A stretch of DNA of 61,820 nt from the NCBI GenBank assembly GCA_020720665.1, contig DYOF01000003.1:1-61820 (forward strand), given 5' to 3'. The notes below the pieces were generated by a model. That model saw only the letters and a program-made list of their open reading frames with translations, was not told the DNA's origin and did no database searches. Each line of letters begins with the position of its first letter. Positions within the stretch are counted from its first letter, which is position 1. Shown one piece after another: positions 46,460 through 57,165 of this stretch. This stretch comes from Acetofilamentum sp. (GTDB lineage Bacteria; Bacteroidota; Bacteroidia; Bacteroidales; JAADGE01). A program made the position numbers and the translations under genes.

Positions 46460-47304
46460 TGAAATACCTATCTCTTTTTTCAATACTTTTTTTCTTTTTA
46501 ATTCTCGGATGTGATGTTATTGAAAATCCGAAGAAAAAATCCGAAGAAATTACATGCGGAAACGAAAACGACCCGGTGCCTATAAAAAAAATTTTAGTAG
46601 AAGACTATACCGGACACAAATGCCCGAACTGCCCGGATGCAGCAATAAAAATAGACGAACTAATCGGAATGTACTGTGATCACATAATCCCGATTAGCCT
46701 TCATGTTGGTTATTTTGCAAGCCCTGATACCGATTTCCCTGCTGATTACAGAACAGAAACAGGCAACAATTTAAATTCTTATTATACAGTTACGAATTAC
46801 GGATTACCTAACGGTTTAGTTAACCGTACGCAATATAACGGTAATTATGTAATCGGCAGGGATAATTGGGCAACAGCAGTACATGAATTATTAAATACTC
46901 AACCGCTTATAAATATTATCATAGAAAGCTCATACAACGAAACCGACAAACAAATTTCTGTTGAAATTACTACTGAAATGCTGTCTGATATAAATGAACA
47001 ATTAAATATCGGATTGTATATAACAGAAGACAGTATTGTAAGTCCTCAAAAAAACGACACCGAAACCATTGACAATTACATACACCGACATGTTTTACGT
47101 AAAGGGATAACACCTGAACTCGGAGAAAACTTATCCGGTCCCGTAAATTTCGGAACCGTTTTAAAAACAACATACACCTTTGCTGCTGATAGTGTTTGGA
47201 ATATTGAACATTGCCATCTGCTTGCTTTTGTCAGTTACAAAAATTCAAATGAAATTATACAAGCGGAATCTGAACCGATAATTCAACATATTTCAAATAA
47301 ATAA
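46459..47304 (+). CDS. Omp28-family outer-membrane lipoprotein
   Basis: Lipobox ILGC; EDYTGHKCPNCP, PNGLVNR, YIHRHVLR. Confidence 0.85.
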   Translation: MKYLSLFSILFFFLILGCDVIENPKKKSEEITCGNENDPVPIKKILVEDYTGHKCPNCPDAAIKIDELIGMYCDHIIPISLHVGYFASPDTDFPADYRTETGNNLNSYYTVTNYGLPNGLVNRTQYNGNYVIGRDNWATAVHELLNTQPLINIIIESSYNETDKQISVEITTEMLSDINEQLNIGLYITEDSIVSPQKNDTETIDNYIHRHVLRKGITPELGENLSGPVNFGTVLKTTYTFAADSVWNIEHCHLLAFVSYKNSNEIIQAESEPIIQHISNK

Positions 47305-47378
47305 AATAGATTTTTTTTCATACATAATTTATGTAATATAAATTTATTACTTTTGTAGAAATATTAACATCATAAGAA

Positions 47379-47882
47379 ATGAATGTTGAATTAGCCGTAA
47401 GTTTTATAGATATTTTCATAGGACTTGTTTTAATCTGGGCAATTTATAAAGGTTATAAAAGAGGACCTGTAGTTCAGGCGGTTTCATTATTAATAATAAT
47501 TCTCGGAATTGCTCTTTTCGGCTCGGCTTCGGTTAGTATTGCAGACTATATAAGAGAACGTTCAACAGTTGATTTACCTAATCTTCACATTATTTTTTTC
47601 ATTATTTTTTTTGCGGCATCTGTTTGGTTGTCTAATTTCGTCGGAAATAAAATTGAAAAAACAGCTGCAAAACCGAAAGGGTTTTTAAATATTTTTTTAG
47701 GAATTTTAGCCAACGTAATAAAATACATCTACCTGTTGAGTATTTTATTACTCCTTTTTGCCGGAATTGATAATAAATACGATTTAGTCGGAAGAAAAGA
47801 AAAGAAAAATTCAAAACTCTATGAAACCGTTCGAGATATTGCTCCGAATACAATTAAAACAGTTGAATTTTTGCGGAATTAG
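47379..47882 (+). CDS. CvpA family membrane protein
   Basis: IDI...IYKGYKRG, four TM segments, SKLY; TACTTTTG element at 47348-47355. Confidence 0.75.
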   Translation: MNVELAVSFIDIFIGLVLIWAIYKGYKRGPVVQAVSLLIIILGIALFGSASVSIADYIRERSTVDLPNLHIIFFIIFFAASVWLSNFVGNKIEKTAAKPKGFLNIFLGILANVIKYIYLLSILLLLFAGIDNKYDLVGRKEKKNSKLYETVRDIAPNTIKTVEFLRN

Positions 47883-47951
47883 AAATAGTAATCGAGCCTC
47901 TTACAAAAAAAATTTATTAATTATTTTGCTTTTTAACAGAATTATAAGCAA

Positions 47952-48105
47952 ACTTGAAATCGCAAGTCAGCTTTTTAATTGCTTGATATTCAAATGGCAA
48001 ACGGCGAAGCCCTCACTGAAAGTAATTGTTTTAATAAACTGAAGCATTAATTAATATAACGTGTTGTTTATTAGCTTATTCGCACCCTGACTTGCGGATT
48101 TAAAG
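47952..48105. mobile_element. MITE-like element, copy 2 (154 bp, inverted relative to copy 1)
   Basis: TIRs ACTTGAAATCGCAAGTC / GACTTGCGGATTTAAAG; exact 5-bp direct repeat AGCAA at 47947-47951 and 48106-48110. Confidence 0.85.
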
Positions 48106-48178
48106 AGCAATTAAAAGTTCAATCCTTCTGTATTTTACTTTTTAAACCCACATTTCTTCTCTTTTTTCGGATATTAAT

Positions 48179-48186
48179 TATCTTTG
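48179..48186 (+). promoter_or_regulatory. -7 promoter element (TATCTTTG) for tyrS
   Basis: TAnnTTTG followed by CA, 15 nt before ATG 48202. Confidence 0.6.
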
Positions 48187-48201
48187 CAAAAATTTTTTTC
48201 A

Positions 48202-49503
48202 ATGAGTTTTACAGAAGAAATTAAATGGCGAGGTATGTTGCATGATATTATGCCGGGTACCGATGAAATGCTGAAAGAAGGACGTGCTGCGGCATATGTA
48301 GGTATTGACCCTACTGCTGATTCGTTGCATATAGGACATTTAGTAAGCGTAATGCTGCTGAAACATTTTCAACTTGCAGGTCATCAGCCTATTGCAGTAA
48401 TCGGCGGAGCAACCGGTATGATAGGTGATCCTTCCGGAAAATCACAAGAACGCAATTTATTAGACATTCAAACTCTCCGACATAATCAAGAGGCAATAAA
48501 AAAACAGTTGGTAAAATTTCTTGATTTTTCTGAACAAACAGAAAATAAAGCACTAATACTCAACAATTACGACTGGATGAGCAAATTTAGTTTTTTGGAT
48601 TTCATACGTGATGTCGGCAAACACATTTCGGTTAATTATATGATTGCAAAAGACTCGGTAAAAAAAAGAATGTCCGGCGGAGCGGAAAAAGATGCCGAAG
48701 GTTTATCCTTTACTGAATTTAGCTATCAATTAGTTCAAGCTTATGACTTTCTTCATTTGTATAAAGAATATAACTGTAAACTACAAATGGGCGGTTCCGA
48801 CCAATGGGGAAATATTACAACCGGCACAGAGTTAATCAGAAGAATGTTACAAGGCAAAGCATTTGCGCTAACCAGTCCGTTAATTACAAAAGCCGACGGC
48901 GGAAAATTCGGAAAAACAGAAAAAGGGAATATTTGGTTAGACCCGGAAAAAACATCACCCTACGGATTTTATCAATTTTGGATAAACACATCTGATGAAG
49001 ATGCCGAAAAATATTTGAAAATTTTTACCGTTTTAAGCAAATCAGAAATTGAGTTATTAGTTAAATCGCATACGGAAGCGCCGCATAACAGATTGTTGCA
49101 AAAAAAATTAGCTGAAGAGCTAACTGTTTTAGTTCATAGCAAAGAAGAATTTTTCAATTCTGTTGCTGCATCTGAAATCCTATTCGGAAAAGGGACAAAA
49201 AACCAATTAAGGTCGTTGAATGAAAAAACGTTTAATGATGTGTTTTCAGGAGTTCCTACGTTTTTGGTAAGTAAAGAAGCATTAATCAGAGGGATTAATG
49301 TTCTTACACTTCTGACATCCGAAGCTCTAATTTTTAGCTCAAACGGAGAAATAAGAAGGTTAATGAAAGATAACGGACTCAGTATTAATTTAGAAAAAGT
49401 AAATGATTCCGAGTTAATAATTAACGAAGAATTCCTTATTAACAAAAAATATATCGTTGTCAAACAAGGAAAGAAAAACTATTCAATAATTGTAGCATCT
49501 TAA
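48202..49503 (+). CDS. tyrS: tyrosine--tRNA ligase
   Basis: [27 protein letters not shown]-terminal S4-like domain. Confidence 0.97.
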   Translation: MSFTEEIKWRGMLHDIMPGTDEMLKEGRAAAYVGIDPTADSLHIGHLVSVMLLKHFQLAGHQPIAVIGGATGMIGDPSGKSQERNLLDIQTLRHNQEAIKKQLVKFLDFSEQTENKALILNNYDWMSKFSFLDFIRDVGKHISVNYMIAKDSVKKRMSGGAEKDAEGLSFTEFSYQLVQAYDFLHLYKEYNCKLQMGGSDQWGNITTGTELIRRMLQGKAFALTSPLITKADGGKFGKTEKGNIWLDPEKTSPYGFYQFWINTSDEDAEKYLKIFTVLSKSEIELLVKSHTEAPHNRLLQKKLAEELTVLVHSKEEFFNSVAASEILFGKGTKNQLRSLNEKTFNDVFSGVPTFLVSKEALIRGINVLTLLTSEALIFSSNGEIRRLMKDNGLSINLEKVNDSELIINEEFLINKKYIVVKQGKKNYSIIVAS

Positions 49504-49513
49504 TCAAATAAAA

Positions 49514-50533
49514 ATGAACAAAAAAACCGATTTTACCGGAAATTCAACTGACCTTATTATATTTTTATATAAAAAACGACTTCCGATAATCATTATAACT
49601 CTCTTTGGTGCTGTTGTTTCAATAATTATTTCACTGACAATTACACCGATGTATAAGTCATCAGTTATTTTATACCCCGCATCTTCTACTTCTGTTTCAA
49701 AATCTTTATTATCAGGAGGCGTAAAGGATAATTTAATGGCATTCGGCGATGAAGAAGAAACAGAACAATTAATACAAATTTTAGAGTCAAATGATATTGT
49801 AAATTATATTGTAGAGAAATATAATTTGCTTCAACATTATGAAATTGACAGTACATCTAAATTTAAACGGACAAATTTATATAAAACCTATAGCAGTAAC
49901 ATTTCTTTTAAAAAAACACGTTTGCAATCTGTTGAAATTGAGGTGTTTGACAAAGACCCCGTTTACGCAGCCGATATTGCAAACGATATTTCACATTATG
50001 CGGATTCAGTAATGAATAAAATAAGAAAAAAACGTGCATGGGACGCTCTTTTAATTGTTAAATATGAATATAAAAAACTTGGCAAGCAAATTCAAGAAAT
50101 GTCTGATTCGTTATCTTCGTTAAACAAATTAGGAGTTTTAGATTATACAGAGCAAGTAACGTCATATTCGTCCGGATTAGCAGAAGGTATTGCAACCGGA
50201 AAAATTTCTGCATCAGGAATTAAATATTTGGAAAATAAACTTAAGTCATTAGAGTCATACGGTCATTCATATAATGAAATTTCCAATTTTATTGAATTTG
50301 AACAGGCTCGTTTAAGCAATTTAAAAGGAAAATGGGTAGAAGCCGGAGTTGAATATGCACAAAATTTATCGTATATTTATATTGTGAATGAAGCATTTCC
50401 TTCTGAAAAAAAAGCAAAACCTGTACGTTGGTTAATTGTTAGTTTATCAACTTTGTCTTCATTTTTATTTTCACTGCTTTTTGTCGCTTTTACTGACTTT
50501 TTTTCCAAATTAATGATTAAAATTAAAGAATAA
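49514..50533 (+). CDS. Wzz-type polysaccharide chain-length determinant
   Basis: Two terminal TM helices, PMYKS, coiled-coil periplasmic part, AFPSEKKAKP Pro-rich motif before TM2. Confidence 0.8.
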   Translation: MNKKTDFTGNSTDLIIFLYKKRLPIIIITLFGAVVSIIISLTITPMYKSSVILYPASSTSVSKSLLSGGVKDNLMAFGDEEETEQLIQILESNDIVNYIVEKYNLLQHYEIDSTSKFKRTNLYKTYSSNISFKKTRLQSVEIEVFDKDPVYAADIANDISHYADSVMNKIRKKRAWDALLIVKYEYKKLGKQIQEMSDSLSSLNKLGVLDYTEQVTSYSSGLAEGIATGKISASGIKYLENKLKSLESYGHSYNEISNFIEFEQARLSNLKGKWVEAGVEYAQNLSYIYIVNEAFPSEKKAKPVRWLIVSLSTLSSFLFSLLFVAFTDFFSKLMIKIKE

Positions 50534-50546
50534 TAAAGCGAAACCT

Positions 50547-51968
50547 TTGGAAATACTTAAAACCAATAAATTTCTGTTCATATTTTCTTCCGTGTTTATT
50601 TTTTTAAATTCGGCTTTATTGTATTTTAATATTTATTACGGTATTCTCATACCTTTTATTTTGCTTACTGTATGGATAGGAATATTTAAACAGGAACTGT
50701 TAATTCTCGCAGTTGTCTTTTTTTCTCCGCTCTCATTTCTTCTTTCAGAAATTTTACCGAATACTACTGTTGATATTTCTATCCCTACAGAACCTATATT
50801 AGCGGTTCTTGTTTTTTTGTTTGTTCTGAAAACAATGACCGGGCAGGGTATTCATAAAAAAATATTAATACATCCGGTCAGTATTGCAATTTATATTAAT
50901 TTACTTTGGTTATTTATTACAACTCTCAGCAGTAGTTTACCTATCGTTTCTGTTAAATTTTTAATTGCCCGCTTATGGTTTGTTGTACCTTTATATTTTA
51001 TATCTGCACATTTTTTTAAAGATTCATTATTTATCAAAAAATACATTTGGGCATATATAATTCCTTTTTTATTTATAATTTTCTATACGCTTACAAATTT
51101 AATTTCTGTCGGATTATTCATTAAAAATGCCGCACACGGTGCAATGCAACCCTTTTTTAACGATCACACATCATATGGTGCCGTAATTGCAATGTACATA
51201 CCGGTTATAACCGGATTTATTTTTATTATAAAACGAAAATCGTATGTAAAACCAACAATATTATTGATTTTGTTAATATTTTCATTTGCTTTGGTTTTTT
51301 CATATACGCGTGCAGCATGGATTAGTATAATAATATCGTTATTTATTTTTATTGTAGTTTATTTAAAAATTGACCGGCGAATTTTAATCTTTTTTTCAAT
51401 TCTGACCGTGTCATTATTTTTTGTTTTTCAATTTGAAATTACCGATCGTTTAAGTAAAAACAGACAAGATTCTTCACAAGATTTAAGCGAACATGTTAAT
51501 TCTATTTCAAACATTGCAACGGACGCATCAAATTTAGAACGAATAAACCGATGGAATTCTGCTTTAAAAATGTTTGAAGAACGCCCCTTGCTCGGATTCG
51601 GTCCCGGAACATACACGTTTCAATATGCTCCGTATCAAATGTCTTATGACAAAACAATTATCAGTACAAATTTCGGAGACGGCGGAAATGCACATAGTGA
51701 ATATATAGGACCTTTGGCTGAGTCCGGCATTTTAGGAACTCTAAGTTTCATCGGTATAATAATTATGACGATAATTACCGGTGTCAAAGTATATTATAAT
51801 TCTCGCAAACAAGAATATAAAATATTATCAATTACTGCCTTACTCGGATTAATAAGCTATTATATCCACGGATTTTTAAATAATTTTCTTGATACCGACA
51901 AGGCTTCGGTTCCATTTTGGGGTTTTACGGCAATAATAGTTGCGATTGATATTTTTCATAAAGAATAA
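50547..51968 (+). CDS. O-antigen ligase/polymerase family protein (Wzy_C/WaaL-like)
   Basis: Polytopic; SYTRAAW, SNLERINRW, PLLGFGPG, NAHSEY..LAESGILG. Confidence 0.85.
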   Translation: MEILKTNKFLFIFSSVFIFLNSALLYFNIYYGILIPFILLTVWIGIFKQELLILAVVFFSPLSFLLSEILPNTTVDISIPTEPILAVLVFLFVLKTMTGQGIHKKILIHPVSIAIYINLLWLFITTLSSSLPIVSVKFLIARLWFVVPLYFISAHFFKDSLFIKKYIWAYIIPFLFIIFYTLTNLISVGLFIKNAAHGAMQPFFNDHTSYGAVIAMYIPVITGFIFIIKRKSYVKPTILLILLIFSFALVFSYTRAAWISIIISLFIFIVVYLKIDRRILIFFSILTVSLFFVFQFEITDRLSKNRQDSSQDLSEHVNSISNIATDASNLERINRWNSALKMFEERPLLGFGPGTYTFQYAPYQMSYDKTIISTNFGDGGNAHSEYIGPLAESGILGTLSFIGIIIMTIITGVKVYYNSRKQEYKILSITALLGLISYYIHGFLNNFLDTDKASVPFWGFTAIIVAIDIFHKE

Positions 51969-52053
51969 TTCCAATCATAAATTGCCCGGAATATTGTTAT
52001 TTATTAAAAAAAAGTATTTTTGCACTTTAGTGTAAAAAGCATTTAACTCATTC

Positions 52054-53841
52054 ATGAAGAATATCAGAAATTTTTGTATTATAGCACACATCGATCACGG
52101 AAAAAGCACCCTTGCAGATCGCCTTTTAGAAACAACAAAAACTGTTACGGATAAAGATCATCAGGCTCAGGTTCTTGACGATATGGATTTGGAAAGAGAG
52201 CGAGGAATAACCATAAAAAGCCATGCTATTCAAATGGATTACGAGCTTGAAGGACAAAAGTATAAATTAAACTTGATTGACACACCCGGACATGTTGATT
52301 TTTCATATGAAGTATCCCGCTCAATTGCAGCTTGTGAAGGAGCTCTTTTAATTGTTGATGCAACACAGGGTATTCAAGCTCAAACCATATCAAATTTATA
52401 TTTAGCTATTGAAAATGATCTCGAAATTATTCCGGTTTTGAACAAAATGGATATGGATACAGCTATGCCCGAAGAAGTAAAAGATCAAATCGTCGAGCTT
52501 TTAGGCGGAAACCGTGAAGATATTATTGAAGCCAGCGGAAAAACAGGAATGGGCGTTGAAGAAATTCTTAAGCGAATTGTTCAAAACATACCCTCTCCTC
52601 AAGGAAACGAAAACGAACCTCTTCAAGCAATGATTTTTGATTCCGTATTTAATTCGTATCGAGGGATTATTGCCTATTTCAAAATTAAAAACGGAACCAT
52701 AAATAAAGGCGACCACGTTAAATTCTTCAATACAAAAAAACAATATTTTGCCGAAGAAATAGGCGTTTTAAGATTAAAACAAGAAAGCAGAAATTCTTTA
52801 AGTGCCGGGGATGTCGGTTATATTATTTCCGGAATTAAAGAATCAAAAGAAGTAAAAGTAGGAGATACAATTACACATGTTGAAAAACCCTGTGCTAAAG
52901 CGGTTGAAGGCTTTGAAGAAGTAAAACCCATGGTTTATGCCGGAATTTACCCGATAGATACCGAAGATTATGAAGATTTAAGATATTCAATTGAGAAACT
53001 ACAATTAAACGATGCCTCATTAAGCTTTGAACCCGAATCGTCTCTTGCATTGGGTTTTGGTTTTCGCTGCGGTTTTTTGGGAATGCTCCATATGGAAATT
53101 GTTCAAGAACGCTTAGACAGAGAATTTGACATGAATGTTATAACAACAGTTCCTAATGTTTCGTATATCGTTCAAACAAAAAAAGGAGATATAATTGAAG
53201 TACACAATCCTTCCGGTTTGCCCGATATCGGAATTATCGAAGAAATAAGAGAACCGTTTATTGAAGCTCAAATAATAACGAAAACAGAATTTTACGGGCA
53301 AGTTATGAAACTTTGTCTTGATAAAAGAGGAGATTTAATAAAAGAAAACTATTTATCGGCCGATCGTGCCGAATTAACATTTCATATACCGCTTGCAGAA
53401 ATTGTTTTTGATTTCTATGACAAATTAAAAAGCATTTCAAAAGGGTACGCATCCCTTGATTATCATCACTTAGACTATCGAAAAGCAAAACTCGTTAAAC
53501 TTGATATTTTAGTAAACGGTGAACGTGTTGATGCGCTTTCTTCTTTAATTCATGAAGACAACGCCTATCGTTTAGGACGAAAAATGACCGACAAATTAAG
53601 CGAATTAATTCCGCGACATCAATTTGCCGTGCCTATACAAGCTGCAATCGGAGCAAAAATTATTGCTCGTTCAACAATTAAAGCCGTAAGAAAAGATGTA
53701 ACCGCGAAATGTTACGGGGGAGATATCACTCGTAAAAGAAAATTGCTTGAGAAACAAAAAAAGGGTAAAAAGAGAATGAAACAAATAGGAAATGTTGAAA
53801 TTCCGCAAAATGCATTTATGGCTGTTTTAAAATTAGATTAA
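52054..53841 (+). CDS. lepA: elongation factor 4 (LepA)
   Basis: [52 protein letters not shown]; TATTTTTG element at 52015-52022. Confidence 0.98.
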   Translation: MKNIRNFCIIAHIDHGKSTLADRLLETTKTVTDKDHQAQVLDDMDLERERGITIKSHAIQMDYELEGQKYKLNLIDTPGHVDFSYEVSRSIAACEGALLIVDATQGIQAQTISNLYLAIENDLEIIPVLNKMDMDTAMPEEVKDQIVELLGGNREDIIEASGKTGMGVEEILKRIVQNIPSPQGNENEPLQAMIFDSVFNSYRGIIAYFKIKNGTINKGDHVKFFNTKKQYFAEEIGVLRLKQESRNSLSAGDVGYIISGIKESKEVKVGDTITHVEKPCAKAVEGFEEVKPMVYAGIYPIDTEDYEDLRYSIEKLQLNDASLSFEPESSLALGFGFRCGFLGMLHMEIVQERLDREFDMNVITTVPNVSYIVQTKKGDIIEVHNPSGLPDIGIIEEIREPFIEAQIITKTEFYGQVMKLCLDKRGDLIKENYLSADRAELTFHIPLAEIVFDFYDKLKSISKGYASLDYHHLDYRKAKLVKLDILVNGERVDALSSLIHEDNAYRLGRKMTDKLSELIPRHQFAVPIQAAIGAKIIARSTIKAVRKDVTAKCYGGDITRKRKLLEKQKKGKKRMKQIGNVEIPQNAFMAVLKLD

Positions 53842-53859
53842 AGTATAAATTCAAATAAT

Positions 53860-55377
53860 ATGATTCAAATTAAAGATTTTAAGGGTTTTGAAGGTCAAAC
53901 CATTGAAACACAAGGCTGGGTAATGAATAAACGCAGCGGTAAAGGTATAGAATTTATTATATTACGTGACGGAAGCGGGTTTGCTCAATGCATTGTAAGC
54001 GAAGAAAATGTTTCTCCGGCAACCTTCGACAGAGCAAAACGTCTTTCACAAGAAACTTCCGTTAAATTATCCGGAAAAATTATTAAGGACGACAAACAAA
54101 TCGGCGGGTATGAAATGCATGTCGACGATATAGAAATAATCGGAGAATCTGTTGACTATCCCATAAGCAACAAAGAACACGGTATTGAGTTTTTAATGGA
54201 TAACCGGCACTTATGGTTGCGTTCCAAACGACAATGGGCAATCTTAAAAATCAGAAATCGTATTATTCTTTCAATTCATAATTTCTTTCAAAAAGAAGGT
54301 TTCATACAAACGGATTCACCAATTTTTACCGGAAACGCTGCCGAAGGTTCAACAACTTTATTCTCATCAAAATATTATGACCAAGATGCTTACCTCGCAC
54401 AAACCGGTCAATTATACGGTGAAGCTATGGCTATGGCTATGGGAAAAATTTACACTTTCGGACCGACTTTCAGAGCCGAAAAATCGAAAACAAGAAGACA
54501 CCTTTCAGAATTTTGGATGATTGAACCGGAAATGGCATTCTTTGATAACGATATGAATATGGATTTAATTGAAAATTTCATAAAACATATTGTTACAGAT
54601 GTTCTTGAAAACTGTAAAGAAGAATTAGAAATTTTGGAACGTAATTTAAGTGTTTTCAAAAATATAGCTAAATTACGATTTCCAAGATTAACATACGATG
54701 AAGCTGTTAAAATAATTAAAGGAGAAAAAACAATTAACGGTAAAAAAAGTACCGATATTTTGATAGAAGATTTAGCCGAGGTTAAAGCTCAAATAAATAA
54801 CAAAAAAGCTGAGCTTCAGGAAAAAGAAAAAGAAATTGCCGGAGGGCTTAAAAAAGGAGTTAAAAATTTTATTCAAAATAAAATAGATCAATTGAAAAAC
54901 GAAATTTCAGATTTAGAAATCGTTGAAAAAAACATCCCTCAATGGTTAAGTTCAGCTGAAAATTTCAGATACGGAAATGATTTCGGCGGTTCTGACGAAA
55001 CAGTAATTACCAGAATGTTTGATGTTCCGGTAATGGTATATAATTGGCCCCATGAAATTAAAGCCTTTTATATGAAACGTGATAAAGCAATGCCGGAAAT
55101 GGCTAAAGGTGTTGATGTTTTAGCTCCGGAAGGTTACGGAGAAATTGTAGGCGGTGGTGAAAGAGAAACCGATTTGAATTTATTACTTTCAAAAATCGAA
55201 GAACACAAACTTCCGTTGAAAGAATTTGAATGGTATTTAGATTTGAGAAAATACGGGTCTGTTCCTCATTCAGGTTTCGGCTTAGGTTTAGAGCGAACTG
55301 TTGCATGGATTTGCGGCACACAACATATCAGGGAAACTATTCCGTTTCCGAGATACTACGGACGATTACACCCGTAA
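53860..55377 (+). CDS. asnS: asparagine--tRNA ligase with an internal coiled-coil insertion
   Basis: LRDGSG OB fold, RHLWLRS, AYLAQTGQL, FRAEKSKTRRHLSEFWMIEPE, WYLDLRKYGSVPHSGFGLGLER. Confidence 0.93.
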   Translation: MIQIKDFKGFEGQTIETQGWVMNKRSGKGIEFIILRDGSGFAQCIVSEENVSPATFDRAKRLSQETSVKLSGKIIKDDKQIGGYEMHVDDIEIIGESVDYPISNKEHGIEFLMDNRHLWLRSKRQWAILKIRNRIILSIHNFFQKEGFIQTDSPIFTGNAAEGSTTLFSSKYYDQDAYLAQTGQLYGEAMAMAMGKIYTFGPTFRAEKSKTRRHLSEFWMIEPEMAFFDNDMNMDLIENFIKHIVTDVLENCKEELEILERNLSVFKNIAKLRFPRLTYDEAVKIIKGEKTINGKKSTDILIEDLAEVKAQINNKKAELQEKEKEIAGGLKKGVKNFIQNKIDQLKNEISDLEIVEKNIPQWLSSAENFRYGNDFGGSDETVITRMFDVPVMVYNWPHEIKAFYMKRDKAMPEMAKGVDVLAPEGYGEIVGGGERETDLNLLLSKIEEHKLPLKEFEWYLDLRKYGSVPHSGFGLGLERTVAWICGTQHIRETIPFPRYYGRLHP

Positions 55378-55392
55378 ACTGATAACTTCATT

Positions 55393-55423
55393 AAGCAAGA
55401 GTAATATCCTATAGCTCTTGTTT
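55393..55423 (+). terminator. possible terminator after asnS
   Basis: AAGCAAGAGT/GCTCTTGTTT imperfect stem with a T-rich tail. Confidence 0.4.
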
Positions 55424-55434
55424 AATTTTACCCT

Positions 55435-56493
55435 ATGAACTTTTCAAATCAATTATTAAATTGGTACGACCAAAACAAACGGGAATTGGAATGGAGAAAA
55501 ACAACCTATCCCTACTCTGTTTGGTTATCAGAAGTTATAATGCAACAAACCCAAATTATTCAAGGCACACCTTACTATTTAAAATTTATTAAAACCTATC
55601 CGACTATTTTTGATTTAGCCCGAGCAGAAGAACGCGAGGTTTTATTATTATGGCAAGGACTCGGTTATTATTCAAGAGGCCGAAACCTCCTTGAAACAGC
55701 AAAATACATTGTAAGCAATTTTAACGGTGTTTTTCCCGACAATTACAAAGCCTTAATAACTCTTTCAGGGATAGGAGATTATACGGCTTCGGCAATTTTA
55801 TCAGTTTGTTTTAATAAGGCTGTTCCGGCTATTGACGGTAATGTTCTGCGTTTAATCTCGCGTTTTTATGAAATTAAAGAGCCTGTAAATAAAGCATCAG
55901 GTAGGAATACGGTAAAAAAAATATGTGAAACGCTGATTTCAGATAAACGTCCGGGCGATTTCAATCAGGCTATGATGGATTATTCATCAGTCGTTTGCTC
56001 ACCGAAAAAACCTGATTGCATACATTGCATTTTTAATAACGATTGCATTTCATTTAAAAATAATCATGTTGAATGTTTTCCGATTAAAGAAAAAAACCCG
56101 ACAAAAAAATCGGAATATTGGTTTTATTTTATCATTCAGGATACAAAGCACAGAAAATTGTATATTGAAAAACGTAATGAGGGAATTTGGAAAAATCTTT
56201 ATCAATTTCCTGTATTTATTTCGTTAAAAAAAATTTCAGAAATAGAGGCTTTAAATAAGTTTGTAACAACAAATAATTTACCGGCAAATTTTGAAGTTAA
56301 AAGCATCTCTGACGAATATAAACACATCCTGTCGCACAAAATATTGTATGTGAAATTTTTTGTTCTTAAATCAAGTTTTTTTGCAAATTTAAATCTATCG
56401 GAACAAATAAGTTTTGTTTCAAAAAACAATTTATCGGATTATCCGTTTCCGGCAGTTATTAACAAATACATTAATCAAGGGTTTACCGTTTAA
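55435..56493 (+). CDS. mutY: A/G-specific adenine glycosylase
   Basis: WLSEVIMQQT, WQGLGYYSR, HhH LSGIGDYTA, DGNV, Fe-S motif CSPKKPDCIHCIFNNDC, NUDIX-like C-terminus. Confidence 0.95.
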   Translation: MNFSNQLLNWYDQNKRELEWRKTTYPYSVWLSEVIMQQTQIIQGTPYYLKFIKTYPTIFDLARAEEREVLLLWQGLGYYSRGRNLLETAKYIVSNFNGVFPDNYKALITLSGIGDYTASAILSVCFNKAVPAIDGNVLRLISRFYEIKEPVNKASGRNTVKKICETLISDKRPGDFNQAMMDYSSVVCSPKKPDCIHCIFNNDCISFKNNHVECFPIKEKNPTKKSEYWFYFIIQDTKHRKLYIEKRNEGIWKNLYQFPVFISLKKISEIEALNKFVTTNNLPANFEVKSISDEYKHILSHKILYVKFFVLKSSFFANLNLSEQISFVSKNNLSDYPFPAVINKYINQGFTV

Positions 56494-57076
56494 TAATTCC
56501 GTATAAAACAACATTTAAAATATTTTTAACCTTCTCTTCCATCAGCGGATCTTCCGGGTTATGCAATAAGGTTGATTCAATACCTCTCATTGCGGTAACA
56601 ATCCCGACAGCGGCATATTGCAAATCATATATTTTAAAATAATCAGCATTAACTCCGCTTCTTAAAATATCTCTGAAGATACTGAATTCTTCTCTGTCAT
56701 AAATGTTCTTTAATTTATTAACAAATTTAATTTGTTTTAAATAAGTGCTGTTTAAAGCTTTATGAAAATTAGCAAGAATTTTATCCGTTTGTAAACGAAT
56801 CATAATATAACTTTTCAATTTTTCGTGTGGAGTTTCGGCTGTGGCAATTGCCTTTAAAACTATTTCTCGATATATTCGAGCTTCAGATAAAATCACAGCC
56901 TTAAAGATTTCTTCTTTACTTGCAAAGTAATAATAAATAGAACTTTTTGCCTTTCCGGATGCTTTTGCCACATCAGCCATTGATGTTTTCTTAAAACCGT
57001 ATTTTTTAAATACCGCAGCCGCCGCATGTATTATTGAATTTCGTTTTTCTCTTTGTTTTGTTGTTAAATCTTTCAT
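56483..57076 (-). CDS. TetR/AcrR family transcriptional regulator
   Basis: FKKYGFKKTSMADVAKASGKAKSSIYYYFASKEEIF HTH. Confidence 0.93.
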   Translation of the reverse strand: MKDLTTKQREKRNSIIHAAAAVFKKYGFKKTSMADVAKASGKAKSSIYYYFASKEEIFKAVILSEARIYREIVLKAIATAETPHEKLKSYIMIRLQTDKILANFHKALNSTYLKQIKFVNKLKNIYDREEFSIFRDILRSGVNADYFKIYDLQYAAVGIVTAMRGIESTLLHNPEDPLMEEKVKNILNVVLYGIIKR

Positions 57077-57085
57077 TTTAGACTT

Positions 57086-57105
57086 TTTAGACTTTTTGGT
57101 CTAAA
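57086..57105. promoter_or_regulatory. candidate TetR operator palindrome TTTAGAC-N6-GTCTAAA
   Basis: Perfect 7-bp arms 10 nt upstream of the tetR ATG, with an extra half-site at 57077-57083. Confidence 0.55.
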
Positions 57106-57128
57106 TTTACAACAATATTTTTATTTAC

Positions 57129-57165
57129 AAAAAAACCCCTTTAAAATTAAAGGGGCTTTTTTTTT
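57129..57165 (-). terminator. intrinsic terminator after the second SpoIIE sensor
   Basis: CCCCTTTAA/TTAAAGGGG inverted repeat flanked by A and T runs. Confidence 0.75.

Noticed and set aside
47871-47884. TTGCGGAATTAGAA at the cvpA stop resembles a MITE TIR
   Set aside because: Short, inside coding sequence, with no partner TIR or TSD found
47821-48042. 73-aa ORF overlapping the cvpA end
   Set aside because: Runs through the MITE-like element in an arbitrary frame and has no counterpart in copy 1
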